From positions 384,001 through 448,000 of the forward strand of contig CAVTLK010000001.1 of the NCBI GenBank assembly GCA_963735595.1: a DNA stretch of 64,000 nucleotides, read 5' to 3'. This document shows, one piece after another, positions 1 through 9,373 of the stretch (its first letter is position 1; each line of letters opens with the position of its first letter). This DNA comes from an uncultured delta proteobacterium. Lineage in GTDB: Bacteria > Desulfobacterota > Zymogenia > Zymogenales > Zymogenaceae. Both the position numbers and the translations under genes were made by a program. The notes under the pieces are model-generated. The model had not been told where the DNA came from and searched no databases. It was given only the letters and a program-made list of their open reading frames with translations.

Positions 1-716
1 ATGACTTTAGCCAGAAGCTCTTTTGCCTCTGCCATATCTTTCTTGTCGTCCTTGGTCTCCGGCTTGCCGTTGGCGATTATGAACTCAAGCCGCTCCTTCG
101 CCTTGGCGTATTCTTTCTGCTTGTAGTAAGACTTGCCAAGGTAGAGGTTTACCGCGATGCCGTCAGGGTTATACTTCAGGCCCTTATTGAAGTAGTCAAT
201 ACCCTTCTTAAGGTCTCCACCCGGGACCTCGTATTCAAGCGCACCGAGGATCGTGTAGCCGCCGCCTTCCTCATAACCCGGGTCCTTTGCAACTACGTTG
301 TTGCACGCGGTTTTCATCGGCTTCACCAGGAAGAGGCTCTTGAGCACGCCCTTGATTTTACCGTACTTGCCGGCGTTGAGCGCGAACCAGTAGTTGGTGT
401 TTACGTCCTTGGTGCCCTTATTGAAATACGGTTCGAGGGCTTTGTATCCCTTGCTAAAGATACCTTCCTGCGTTTTTGCGTCATCCGTTCGTGCGCCGAC
501 AAAATAGGAGGCCCGTCCGAATCTCCACGCAGCAGCCTCGTTGGAAGCGGCAAGACCCTCAAGGTCTTTCATGTTCGCTTTGACAGCGGCCACGTCTTTC
601 TTCTTGTAGACGTCATCGGCTACTTTGAATATTTCTTCCGGTGTAGCCGCATAAGCCATAGCTGCAAACATTCCCACTATTACAGCAATCGAGATGAGAA
701 ACAGAACTTTCTTCAT
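1..716 (-). CDS. Secreted TPR-repeat protein, TatT (TRAP-T)-like; runs off the window edge
   Basis: Not in ORF track. Translated by hand from ATG 716 (AGGAGG upstream): MKKVLFLISIAVIVGMFAAMAYAA signal peptide, then helical repeats such as YWFALNAGKYG and NLYLGKSYY; no stop before base 1. Confidence 0.7.
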   Translation of the reverse strand, partial: MKKVLFLISIAVIVGMFAAMAYAATPEEIFKVADDVYKKKDVAAVKANMKDLEGLAASNEAAAWRFGRASYFVGARTDDAKTQEGIFSKGYKALEPYFNKGTKDVNTNYWFALNAGKYGKIKGVLKSLFLVKPMKTACNNVVAKDPGYEEGGGYTILGALEYEVPGGDLKKGIDYFNKGLKYNPDGIAVNLYLGKSYYKQKEYAKAKERLEFIIANGKPETKDDKKDMAEAKELLAKV

Positions 717-797
717 ATCTCCTCCTTATCGAATAAAGGAAACCAAGCACACCCCTTTTTGTATCATTAAAGCACAGTATTTTCAAGGTATTTCTTC

Positions 798-1529
798 TTA
801 CGTCCCTAAAAAAAGTCGCCTTCCGAGATGCTGCGGAAGCCCTTCCCGGACAATCGCGTCTTTTACGGCGCTGACGTTATATTCAACGCGGTGAAACTCG
901 ACGGTCATATCTTCGTCGTCATAGATTAGGAAAGATGCCCGCGGATCTCTATCCCGAGGCTGGCCGATACTGCCCGGATTGACCAGACAGGCGCTACCCC
1001 TCTTAAGAGAGAACGTCCGCCCGACGGTCGGAGTGTTGTCGTATATCCTATCGAAAATCCCCGAAACGTGCGTATGACCAAAGAAACAGAGGTCGGACCC
1101 GAGCCGATCTCGCATAAAGGCCATGTTCTCGCGGGCGATTGACAACGTGAGGATATATTCGTTAGGGTCACGGGGAGACCCGTGAACCAGGATCGTCGAG
1201 CTATCAATCGCCCGCCGATCGGGGAGTTTCGCAAGAAAACTGCTATGCGCTTGTGTGAGGATGCCGCGGGTCCAGAGGATTGCCTCCCTGGCAAGGGCGT
1301 TAAAGTCATCGGGTTCCTCGAGTCCGGCCGCCACCCTGTCGTGATTACCCATTACGCAGGGAATCGATCTCTCCCTTATAACCTGAACGCATTCGTTCGG
1401 CCACGGATTGTATCCGACGATATCACCAAGACAGAATATCCTCTGGACGTTCAGCTGCTCCACGGCATCCAGAACGGCCCGGAAAGCTATAAGGTTTGCA
1501 TGAATGTCAGAAAGTATCGCCGAACGCAT
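798..1529 (-). CDS. Metallophosphoesterase (calcineurin-like, YfcE/MJ0936-type)
   Basis: Motifs SDIHAN, LGDIVGY, GNHD, HGSP, GHTH, NPGSIGQPRD. Confidence 0.9.
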   Translation of the reverse strand: MRSAILSDIHANLIAFRAVLDAVEQLNVQRIFCLGDIVGYNPWPNECVQVIRERSIPCVMGNHDRVAAGLEEPDDFNALAREAILWTRGILTQAHSSFLAKLPDRRAIDSSTILVHGSPRDPNEYILTLSIARENMAFMRDRLGSDLCFFGHTHVSGIFDRIYDNTPTVGRTFSLKRGSACLVNPGSIGQPRDRDPRASFLIYDDEDMTVEFHRVEYNVSAVKDAIVREGLPQHLGRRLFLGT

Positions 1530-1623
1530 AGGCCGGTTCCAATCCCCTCCTATCGCGTAATTATCGTATCACGTTCCCGTTAACTTCGACGGTTGTCGCC
1601 GGGAACACGCCGGCATCATGGTA

Positions 1624-3558
1624 TCACTTATTCTCGGGCACATCACTGCAGTCTGTATCAGTTCCACACGTATCCGGAACCTCGATTCCGAGTTCTGCGA
1701 TCCTTTCGGCCGTCGGGTATCCAGTATCAGTATCCCATCCCATCTCGTCGTAGAAGTCAGATCGCATTGTATAAAAACCGTTTTTCTCTATGCCGAGCCG
1801 GTCTCGGTACGGGCCGTCTTTCATATCTCGGGTGAACTGTTCGGGGAGTAAATCGTCGCGTTCCGTAAATCCTTCCCGGTGGTTGTAGATACGGGAGAGC
1901 GTCATTGCCCGTTCGCCGGCGGTAAGGAGCTCGTCGATGTCCGTATTCCACCCGGTTATAGCATTAATCATCTCGACGAGTCTCTCAATATTCATCGGCC
2001 CTCTCGGAGCAAAGCCGAAGTGGCAACAGCCCAGGCAGTCCTGCATCCTCCAGTATCTGGCAGCAATCGCAAAGTTACGCGCTTTGTTGCGCGTCATCTC
2101 GAAGATGTCGGCCGGGTGCTCTATCCCGAGGTGCTTCAATCCAAGAAACACAGCGGACTGGCCGTCGGCAAAGAATGGGTCGTGGGCCGACACCATATGA
2201 TCGGCGCCGATATCGGAGACTGCGTATCCGATGCCGACCCCGGTCTTGATGCGCGGGTCGTGCATCGGGACTTCCTGCTTCTTTACCGTAATAAGGAATT
2301 CATCGGCTCCCCTTCCTATCCGCTCGGCGGCCCTGAAAGACCCCTCCGCCAGAATATCACCAAGCCCCTCGCGGCGAGCAATCAGATCGATTATCGCGAG
2401 AAAGGCATCGCCGTTGCCGAATTCAAGCTTGATTCCGCCCGTATCGTCATCGGTGAGTATTCCCTCACGATAGCATTTCATGGCAAAGGAGATCGTCATT
2501 CCCAGGGAGATGGTGTCCATCCCGTATCGATTTGCCAGCTCGTTTCCCTTGGCAATAACGGTAAAATCATATATACCGCAGTTGGAGCCGAGGGCCGCGA
2601 TTGTTTCGTATTCAGGCCCTCCGTACCGTGAATCGACCGCACGTTTGTCTTGTTTCACGGATACGACACGCTTACACCTGATCGCACAGGCAAAGCATCC
2701 CTTTCTTCCCGTAAGGATCTCTTCGTTATACCGGTCACAGAAGAGCCGCGGACTTTCGTCGGTCACGCCCGTTTCCCAGTTATTAGTCGGCAGGGCCCCG
2801 AACCCTACGAGGGAGTCGACCGTTGCCGCGGTCCCGTACTCGTAGAGCGTCCACCCCTGCTTATTTTCCTTGAACGTCCGCGCGAACTCCCGGGTAATCT
2901 CCCTGAACGCCGCTTCGTCGGCTATCGGCACCTTGTTTGTCCCCCTGACGGCCACCGCCTTCAGGTTCTTGCTTCCCATAATCGCCCCGAGCCCGTTTCT
3001 CCCGTTGTAGTGACCGAACTCGTTTCCGATATTCGCGAAGCGGACGAGCCGCTCCCCGGCCGGCCCGATCATAAGCACACGGGTCTTTACGTCCCCCAGC
3101 TCGTCCCTGATTGTTGTGTCGGCCGGCAGCGCCTCAAAACCCCAGATATGCCGCGCGTCCCGTATCTCGATAGTATCGTCGCGAATCGATATGTAGACCG
3201 GATTTAGCGCTCGTCCTTCGACGATGAGAGCGTCGTACCCCGCAAATTTCAGCTCCGGGCCCCAAAATCCTCCGGCCTCCGACGCCCCGAGCCCTCCCGT
3301 CAGCGGTGATTTCGAAACTGCCGTATAGCGTGGAATGGCCGGTCCCGCCGCACCCGTGAGCGCGCCGGTGGCAAGGATGATAGGGTTTTCAGGAGAGAAT
3401 GGTTCAAGTCCGGGGCGTGTCTCTCGGAGCAGATACGGGAGGGCGAGTCCCCTTCCCCCGAGGTACTTCCTCATGACGCCGTCATCGAGTTGTTCGGTTC
3501 GGCGGCTCCCATCGGCAAGATTAATACGAAGAATCCTGTTCCAGTATCCCCAGGCCAC
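1624..3558 (-). CDS. aor: Aldehyde:ferredoxin oxidoreductase (tungsten AOR family)
   Basis: YLGGRGL, GRNGLGAIMGSKNLKAVAV, CFACAIRC, GPEYET, GMDTIS, DCLGCC. Confidence 0.93.
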   Translation of the reverse strand: MAWGYWNRILRINLADGSRRTEQLDDGVMRKYLGGRGLALPYLLRETRPGLEPFSPENPIILATGALTGAAGPAIPRYTAVSKSPLTGGLGASEAGGFWGPELKFAGYDALIVEGRALNPVYISIRDDTIEIRDARHIWGFEALPADTTIRDELGDVKTRVLMIGPAGERLVRFANIGNEFGHYNGRNGLGAIMGSKNLKAVAVRGTNKVPIADEAAFREITREFARTFKENKQGWTLYEYGTAATVDSLVGFGALPTNNWETGVTDESPRLFCDRYNEEILTGRKGCFACAIRCKRVVSVKQDKRAVDSRYGGPEYETIAALGSNCGIYDFTVIAKGNELANRYGMDTISLGMTISFAMKCYREGILTDDDTGGIKLEFGNGDAFLAIIDLIARREGLGDILAEGSFRAAERIGRGADEFLITVKKQEVPMHDPRIKTGVGIGYAVSDIGADHMVSAHDPFFADGQSAVFLGLKHLGIEHPADIFEMTRNKARNFAIAARYWRMQDCLGCCHFGFAPRGPMNIERLVEMINAITGWNTDIDELLTAGERAMTLSRIYNHREGFTERDDLLPEQFTRDMKDGPYRDRLGIEKNGFYTMRSDFYDEMGWDTDTGYPTAERIAELGIEVPDTCGTDTDCSDVPENK

Positions 3559-3813
3559 TTACCCTCCGGTTACCATGGGATATATTTCCACTACATCGCC
3601 GTCTTTGAGCGGATAGGGTATAATCAGTAACGATTCTACAGGCTGTTTGTTGACGAGCACCAATCCCACTTCCCCGCGATCGATAGGAAGCCCAAAGAGC
3701 ACATCCCGAATATCGGCGGCTTGAAACGACAGGGTGTGTCTTCCTTTCATGTATCGTCGAAAGGAACCGTACAGGTTCACCTTAACTCTCGGGGATGATG
3801 CGTCAGTTGTCAT
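3559..3813 (-). CDS. MoaD/ThiS-family sulfur carrier
   Basis: 84 aa beta-grasp protein ending LKDGDVVEIYPMVTGG; directly abuts the AOR start. Confidence 0.9.
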   Translation of the reverse strand: MTTDASSPRVKVNLYGSFRRYMKGRHTLSFQAADIRDVLFGLPIDRGEVGLVLVNKQPVESLLIIPYPLKDGDVVEIYPMVTGG

Positions 3814-3863
3814 ATATCCTTTTTCTGTTATTCTGCCGATCGATACGATAGCAACGACGTTTC

Positions 3864-5105
3864 TCAGTGTTGGGCCCTGAGGCTCTCGATGAACGCCTCG
3901 ACCCTCGTCCTGGTCTGCGCCTCGGAGAAGGACCGCTCATCGGTCATGTCGGCTTCGATAATTATCGTCGGTATATCGAGGTCCTTCTGGATTATACGCG
4001 CTATATCCAGCTGGCCCAGCGAATAGGGCTTACATGAACGGTTCGAATGCATAACAAATCCGTCGGCGGAGTATCGCTTTATGAGCGCTTTTATCTCCGA
4101 GACCATCTGCTCGATGTCGATATTAAGGTATACCTCGGTATAGGATCGAGACATCGTCTCGATTAGGTTATCCGGGTCAAGGCAGGCCCTGGCCCACGCG
4201 TTAGTATACGTATCTGCGACCAAACACGCCCCGTTAACAGCGAACAGCTCCGATAGGGGCCGGAGCGCGAACCAGACCGGAATATTGTCCCAGAGGAGGC
4301 GGTATTTCTCGTTATCGACGGCCGCGATCCCGTCGGTAATCCGCTTCCTGAGCTCGGCAAGTAGCCCTACGTAGAAATCGTTACACTGGGTTGTGCCCCG
4401 CAGCGTGACGATGGGTGCGATAAAGAAGAAGGCATCAAAACAGCTCATGGGAGACGGCCGATTCTCGCACGTCGAGAGGACTTCGTTCCAGAGACCGACT
4501 CCCTCAACGGAGAGACGGCCCACCTCTTTGAGGCGGTCGCGGTCCATCTTCTTGCCGCACTGTTCCTCCAAAAAACGGATATACTCCTCCATCTGGCTCG
4601 TCACGTAGCGATGTGCCGATTCGGTCTTATGCTGGTGGATGAAGGGAGTGTCGATAAGAAACATCGGAACATCAAAGTGCCGGGCCAGGATCTCGTACCA
4701 CTTGGTGACGGTTCCGCAGATGTTGTTGCACGCTATCACGAAGTCGGGCTTCGGAAGGCCGCCGGGAATCGGGCTCTTCTTAGTGACGGCGCTCCCGATA
4801 TCTCCCCGAAAGTATGAACACAGGTCGCGGGAATATCCCATATCTTCCGAAATCCCGCACATCTCCACGCTCATCTTCGACGCCCCCAGCATCGCCCCGT
4901 GGTTCTCCGGATAGATTGGAATGATATCCATGGCGTGCAACGGCTCCACCGGCCCCCCGGAGGTGATCCACGCAATCTTCTTATTCCCGCTTGCCTCGGC
5001 GACCTTGGATTCGGTATAATACGCCGTCATCAGGTCCCGCATCGTCCGGGCCGATTGAAATTTCTTTTTTTCTTTTTCCGGGTCTTTTATTTTTTCATCT
5101 GCCAC
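3864..5105 (-). CDS. 2-hydroxyacyl-CoA dehydratase / benzoyl-CoA reductase subunit (HgdA/BzdO-like)
   Basis: YPENHGA, SRDLCSY, CNNICGTVTKW, HSNRSCKPYSLGQ, EADMTDER, TRVEAFIE. Confidence 0.88.
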   Translation of the reverse strand: MADEKIKDPEKEKKKFQSARTMRDLMTAYYTESKVAEASGNKKIAWITSGGPVEPLHAMDIIPIYPENHGAMLGASKMSVEMCGISEDMGYSRDLCSYFRGDIGSAVTKKSPIPGGLPKPDFVIACNNICGTVTKWYEILARHFDVPMFLIDTPFIHQHKTESAHRYVTSQMEEYIRFLEEQCGKKMDRDRLKEVGRLSVEGVGLWNEVLSTCENRPSPMSCFDAFFFIAPIVTLRGTTQCNDFYVGLLAELRKRITDGIAAVDNEKYRLLWDNIPVWFALRPLSELFAVNGACLVADTYTNAWARACLDPDNLIETMSRSYTEVYLNIDIEQMVSEIKALIKRYSADGFVMHSNRSCKPYSLGQLDIARIIQKDLDIPTIIIEADMTDERSFSEAQTRTRVEAFIESLRAQH

Positions 5106-6250
5106 GGCCGTCTCCTATCATCTCCATGAATGCATCGATACGTGTTTTTATCTGACCAAGTGAGGGATTGTCCATCTCCGTTTCGAGGAGCATATGGGGG
5201 ACCTTGAGCGAATCCACCGACTCCTTCAGGTAAGGGTAGTCAAAGGAATGGGGATCGCAGAATTTTATCATCAGGAATATAACCCCCTGCGCTCCACTGT
5301 CCTGCACCATCTTTTTGAGATAGGCTCCCCGATCGAACTGCGGATTATGTTTGGCCGCACAGATCGGCCGCCGTATGATTCGATCGGCGAGCGCTTCAAT
5401 CGGCTTTGTGCCCTTTTCATCCGCGTTAACGACAAAATAGCGTGAGCCGGTACACATATCGTCCCCGACGACGGTTCCTCCGGCCGATTCGATATAGTCA
5501 TATATTTCGTTAAAGACGCAGAGGTTGCCGGCGAGGAAAATCCTTGTCGGATGCCCTCCTCCCGCCGTATTATCGAGATCCGTCAGCAACGATTCCATGA
5601 GGAGGTTATGCTCCTCAACCGGCATAAACATAGCGGCCTGTACGCAGTCGTTGAGGGCTGAGGATGGCAGTATTGCGGGATTTTCCTTCTTGGCCTCGTA
5701 GAGCCGCGCGAGATTTCCCCTCATGCGGTTATAGAGTTTGATCGCCTCGACGAGCGAGTCGTCACCGATCGTTCGTCCGGTGAATGCCTCGATCTTCTTG
5801 ACAAATGACCCAAGCTCTTCAATCAGATAGGTTCGTGCGCTCTCGGTCTGGAGTTTAACGGGTAGGACGATGTCGGCGTGAAACGAATAGCCTGTATTGA
5901 TTCTCCAGATATCCGAAAGCCGCTGAATAGAATCACAGGTATGCGGGAAAACCGCCCCCTCCAGGAAATCGAGCTGGTTGGTCAGGGCCATGTCAAGGCC
6001 CGTTCTAACGAGTGAACATGAGTAGCTCTGGAGGTGAGAATCGGAACATACGACGCTCTTTTTGCTGACCTATGATGCGAAAGGGAATCCCCCCCCCCGC
6101 GTGGATGATCTCTTCGGGTGTGTAGGTGCAGAAATATCCGAATACCGGGCGCTTGTAGCGATCCTTGTATTTCCTCGCGGCACCGACGGGATCTTCTACG
6201 GTATTCTTCATGATAGCAAGCACTTCATCACGTGTCATCCGGTACCTCAT
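5095..6250 (-). CDS. 2-hydroxyacyl-CoA dehydratase / benzoyl-CoA reductase subunit (HgdB/BzdN-like); one frameshift near 6060
   Basis: GYFCTYTPEEIIHA (6005-6250) continues, after removing one A from the A5 run at 6059-6063, into SHLQSYSCSLV, PHTCDSIQRL, DDMCTGSRY, KFCDPH, TRIDAFME. Confidence 0.85.
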
Positions 6251-6253
6251 TTA

Positions 6254-7232
6254 TTAGGCATGCATAAGATATCTATTAATCGGGAGCGTTTTCAGTCTCA
6301 GGTTCCCGGACTCGTCGGGACCGACCTGGAAATGGCTCCCTCCCGTCTTTTTCGAGAGGATCCGGAGGATTTCCGGCGATTCCTTTTTACCTATGTAGAT
6401 TGAGTGAACCGCGATCCCGTCGGCATGAGCAAGCCTTATTTCCCGCGAGATTTCCCGGTCTCCCTCCGTCGGTCTTCCGTCGGTAATGAACACGACGTGT
6501 TTTATCCGGTCATAAACCGCCCTGAACTCCTTTATTGCGTCAAGGAGCGGTAGCTGGTAATTTGTAAAACCGCTGCATCGACATCGGGAAGCCATATCGC
6601 CGATCATCGCATAAGAACGATTGAAGAAGACTCTGCTTTTTAAAAACTTGGTTGACTGGTGGTTGAATTCAAGATACCCGATACGCATACGCCTCTTGCG
6701 CGCTATCCTGATAAGCCCGAGAATGAGCATCGAAGACCACTGCGCCCGGCTTCCGGTCATGGAGGAACTGATATCCCTGATTATGGCCAGCGCGCCTCCC
6801 TTGAGCTTACGCTTTCGCAGCATCGCCAACGGCATTTTTGGGTTGAGGTGGGCCAGCCATACCGCCGAATCGACCGGGTCCACGTCGTCAAACAGGGAAA
6901 AGTCCTCAAGATGCGACCAACTCCGTGGGGATCCGCCGTAATCCTTCATCAGGTCTTCGGTTTTTTGGACTATATTTCCTTCGATGACCTTGAGAATCGG
7001 GTAAACATCGGTGAGAGATTCCTTATTTACCTCTTCCTCTCCCCGATCGACGACCTCTTCCCCGGTCTTTTCTCTGGTCGGCAGCAAGTCCTTAACAATG
7101 AACGACTTGTCCGGGAACTGGTCGAAATCCTTATCGGAGAGTTCCGTGGGCTCCGCCTGACCCTCGTTTATCTCCTGGGGCTGGGCGTCTTCTTCACGCT
7201 CCTGGAATTCGGGCGGATTTAGTTTTTTTTTT
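6254..7232 (-). CDS. vWA domain with acidic N-terminal linker (-1 frame continuation of the MoxR ATPase)
   Basis: MIDAS DISSSM, GFTNY, FITDG. Frame is open from 7252 with no ATG/GTG before the ORF-track TTG at 7087. Confidence 0.8.
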
Positions 7233-8163
7233 CGACGAGGTCCACGAGCATTTCATCGAGCCGCTGGGCGACTTCCGGCGGAACACGGAAGGTCATAAGA
7301 TATTTCATGACGGAGAGGTCCTTGGGTAGGACCTCGGTGCGACCCTCAAGGATCGCCTTTGCCTTGAGAATGCTGATCGCCTTAACCAGGAAGGTCCTGT
7401 CGGTTAATAGCGAGTTCGTTTCGTTGAGATGGAAGTTCGTTATCAAGTGTTCGAGAAGCGCGATAAGCTGCTGTTTGACCTTAGCTCCGACCTTTATATC
7501 GAGTAAATATCCTGCCGGACGCTGGAAAACGGCATCCTCAAATCCCTTTACCGTATCCTTATCAAAGACGTGCTCGGTATAGTAATCCATGACCGAGATC
7601 GCTTCTTCCCAGTTTCCCCGGTTGATAAGCCCGGACGACCTGAGCTGAATCGTGAACCGGTCAAGGTTCGCCAGGTCCAGCGGCTCGTTATAGTAGTCAT
7701 CCTGGGTCGGGTTGCTGGTGGCGATGGCCGTTAACAACGGGAGTTTTGTTCCCTTATATTCCCGTTCGTTGAGGAGCCGCAACATGATATTGAGGGCTTC
7801 ACCGGGCGCGCGGGTAATATCATCAAGGACTACCAGTTGCGCCGTAAGTATGCCGCCGGGGATGAGTTTCTGGCTGATGAGTTCACCTCCGCCGTTCCCC
7901 GACTGGGGTTCCCTGCAGATGATATAGTCACCGATCAGCTCTGAGAGTCTCGTATCCCGATGGAACTGATAGAAATAGAAATTGAGGTTTGCCGCCTTGG
8001 CGGTGAGCTCGGCCAACATCGTCTTCGCCGTTCCCGGGGCGCCCTCGATATAGACGTGCTCCCTGGCAATCAGCGCCAGCAAAAGCCCTTCCTTGATATC
8101 GTTATGGCCAATAACGTATCGGTCCAGAATTTCCTTGATCTTTACGGCCGTATTGAGCATCAC
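7219..8163 (-). CDS. MoxR/RavA-like AAA+ ATPase
   Basis: Walker A GAPGTAKT, Walker B LVVLDDI, TSNP, LDRF; ends EKKN* on an A10 run. Confidence 0.9.
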   Translation of the reverse strand: MMLNTAVKIKEILDRYVIGHNDIKEGLLLALIAREHVYIEGAPGTAKTMLAELTAKAANLNFYFYQFHRDTRLSELIGDYIICREPQSGNGGGELISQKLIPGGILTAQLVVLDDITRAPGEALNIMLRLLNEREYKGTKLPLLTAIATSNPTQDDYYNEPLDLANLDRFTIQLRSSGLINRGNWEEAISVMDYYTEHVFDKDTVKGFEDAVFQRPAGYLLDIKVGAKVKQQLIALLEHLITNFHLNETNSLLTDRTFLVKAISILKAKAILEGRTEVLPKDLSVMKYLMTFRVPPEVAQRLDEMLVDLVEKKN

Positions 8164-8191
8164 TCAGTCCGTTTTAGGTATATGAATAAAC

Positions 8192-8220
8192 AGTATACCA
8201 AATGAGACTACGTTTATCAA
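8192..8220 (-). promoter_or_regulatory. Sigma70-type promoter for the MoxR-vWA-dehydratase-MoaD-AOR unit
   Basis: Minus strand TTGATA-N17-TATACT with TG upstream of the -10. Confidence 0.6.
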
Positions 8221-8227
8221 GTCAAAT

Positions 8228-9325
8228 CTAAAGCTCCGAACAATCCATGTTGAAGGCCTCGGCCACGGCTCGATAGGTTACCTTCTTGTTGAGTATATTG
8301 ACGCCCTTCTTGAGGGCCGGGTCCTCACTGATCGCCCTGTCCAAACCCTTATCTGCGAGGGCAAGGGCATACGACAACGTTGAATTGGTCAACGCAAAGG
8401 TCGAGGTCCGCGGCACCGCCCCCGGCATATTCGCCACCGCGTAGTGAACAACGCCGTCGACTATGTACGTAGGATCTTTATGCGTGGTGGGCTTGGTGGT
8501 TTCGGCGCATCCGCCCTGATCCACCGAGATATCGACGATGGCCGATCCCTTCTTCATCCTCTTGACCAGGTCTCTCGTTATGAGCTTTGACGCCTTCGCG
8601 CCGGGTATGAGTATCGTCCCTACCACAAGATCGGAAGATATGACTTCTTCCTCGATATTGGCCCTGTTGGACATGACCGTTACCACATGCCCGCCCATGA
8701 CGTCATGGATATATCTGAGCTTTGCCGGATTGATATCGAGGATACTTACCCTGGCCCCCATCCCCACCGCCACGAAACAGGCGTTGGAGCCGGCAATCCC
8801 CGCTCCGAGAATCGTAACTTTTGCCGGCGGTACCCCGGAAACCCCTGAAAGGAGGATCCCTTTGCCTCCGCCGATCGACTCCAGGCAGCGCGCCCCCATC
8901 TGTATGGAGAGCCTCCCGGCAACTTCGCTCATCGGGGCCAAGAGCGGCAGCGACCCATCCGGCAGCTGGATCGTCTCATACGCGATCGCCTTGACGTTTG
9001 TGGCGAGCAGTTTCTTGGTCAGATCTATGTCAGCCGCCAGGTGAAGGTACGTAAATAGTATGTGGTCTTTTATCAGGCCGAACTCGGGACCGAGCGGCTC
9101 CTTGACCTTGATGATCATCTCCGCCTGATCCCAGACGTCTTCCTTAGTGGGAAGGATCGTGGCGCCCATCGATGTGTATTCCTCATCCGACAGACCGCTA
9201 CCGATACCGGCCCCCCTTTCCACCAACACCGAATGACCGTGTCCTACCAGCGCCGATACTCCCGCCGGCGTGAGGGCAACGCGGTTCTCTTCGGCCTTGA
9301 TTTCTTTTGGAACCCCTATTTTCAT
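8228..9325 (-). CDS. ald: Alanine dehydrogenase
   Basis: MKIGVPKEIK..ENRV, KVKEP, FTYLHLAA, PMSEVAGR, VDQGGCAET, VANMPGAVPRTST. Confidence 0.96.
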   Translation of the reverse strand: MKIGVPKEIKAEENRVALTPAGVSALVGHGHSVLVERGAGIGSGLSDEEYTSMGATILPTKEDVWDQAEMIIKVKEPLGPEFGLIKDHILFTYLHLAADIDLTKKLLATNVKAIAYETIQLPDGSLPLLAPMSEVAGRLSIQMGARCLESIGGGKGILLSGVSGVPPAKVTILGAGIAGSNACFVAVGMGARVSILDINPAKLRYIHDVMGGHVVTVMSNRANIEEEVISSDLVVGTILIPGAKASKLITRDLVKRMKKGSAIVDISVDQGGCAETTKPTTHKDPTYIVDGVVHYAVANMPGAVPRTSTFALTNSTLSYALALADKGLDRAISEDPALKKGVNILNKKVTYRAVAEAFNMDCSEL

Positions 9326-9373
9326 GGTTTTAACCTCTCTTGAAGTACTTGTTTTATATCCTGGGTATATCGC

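Noticed and set aside
6089..6098. C10/G10 run as a phase-variation tract
   Set aside because: It is in frame (AGGG) and there is no evidence of variation; the nearby break is at a different run.
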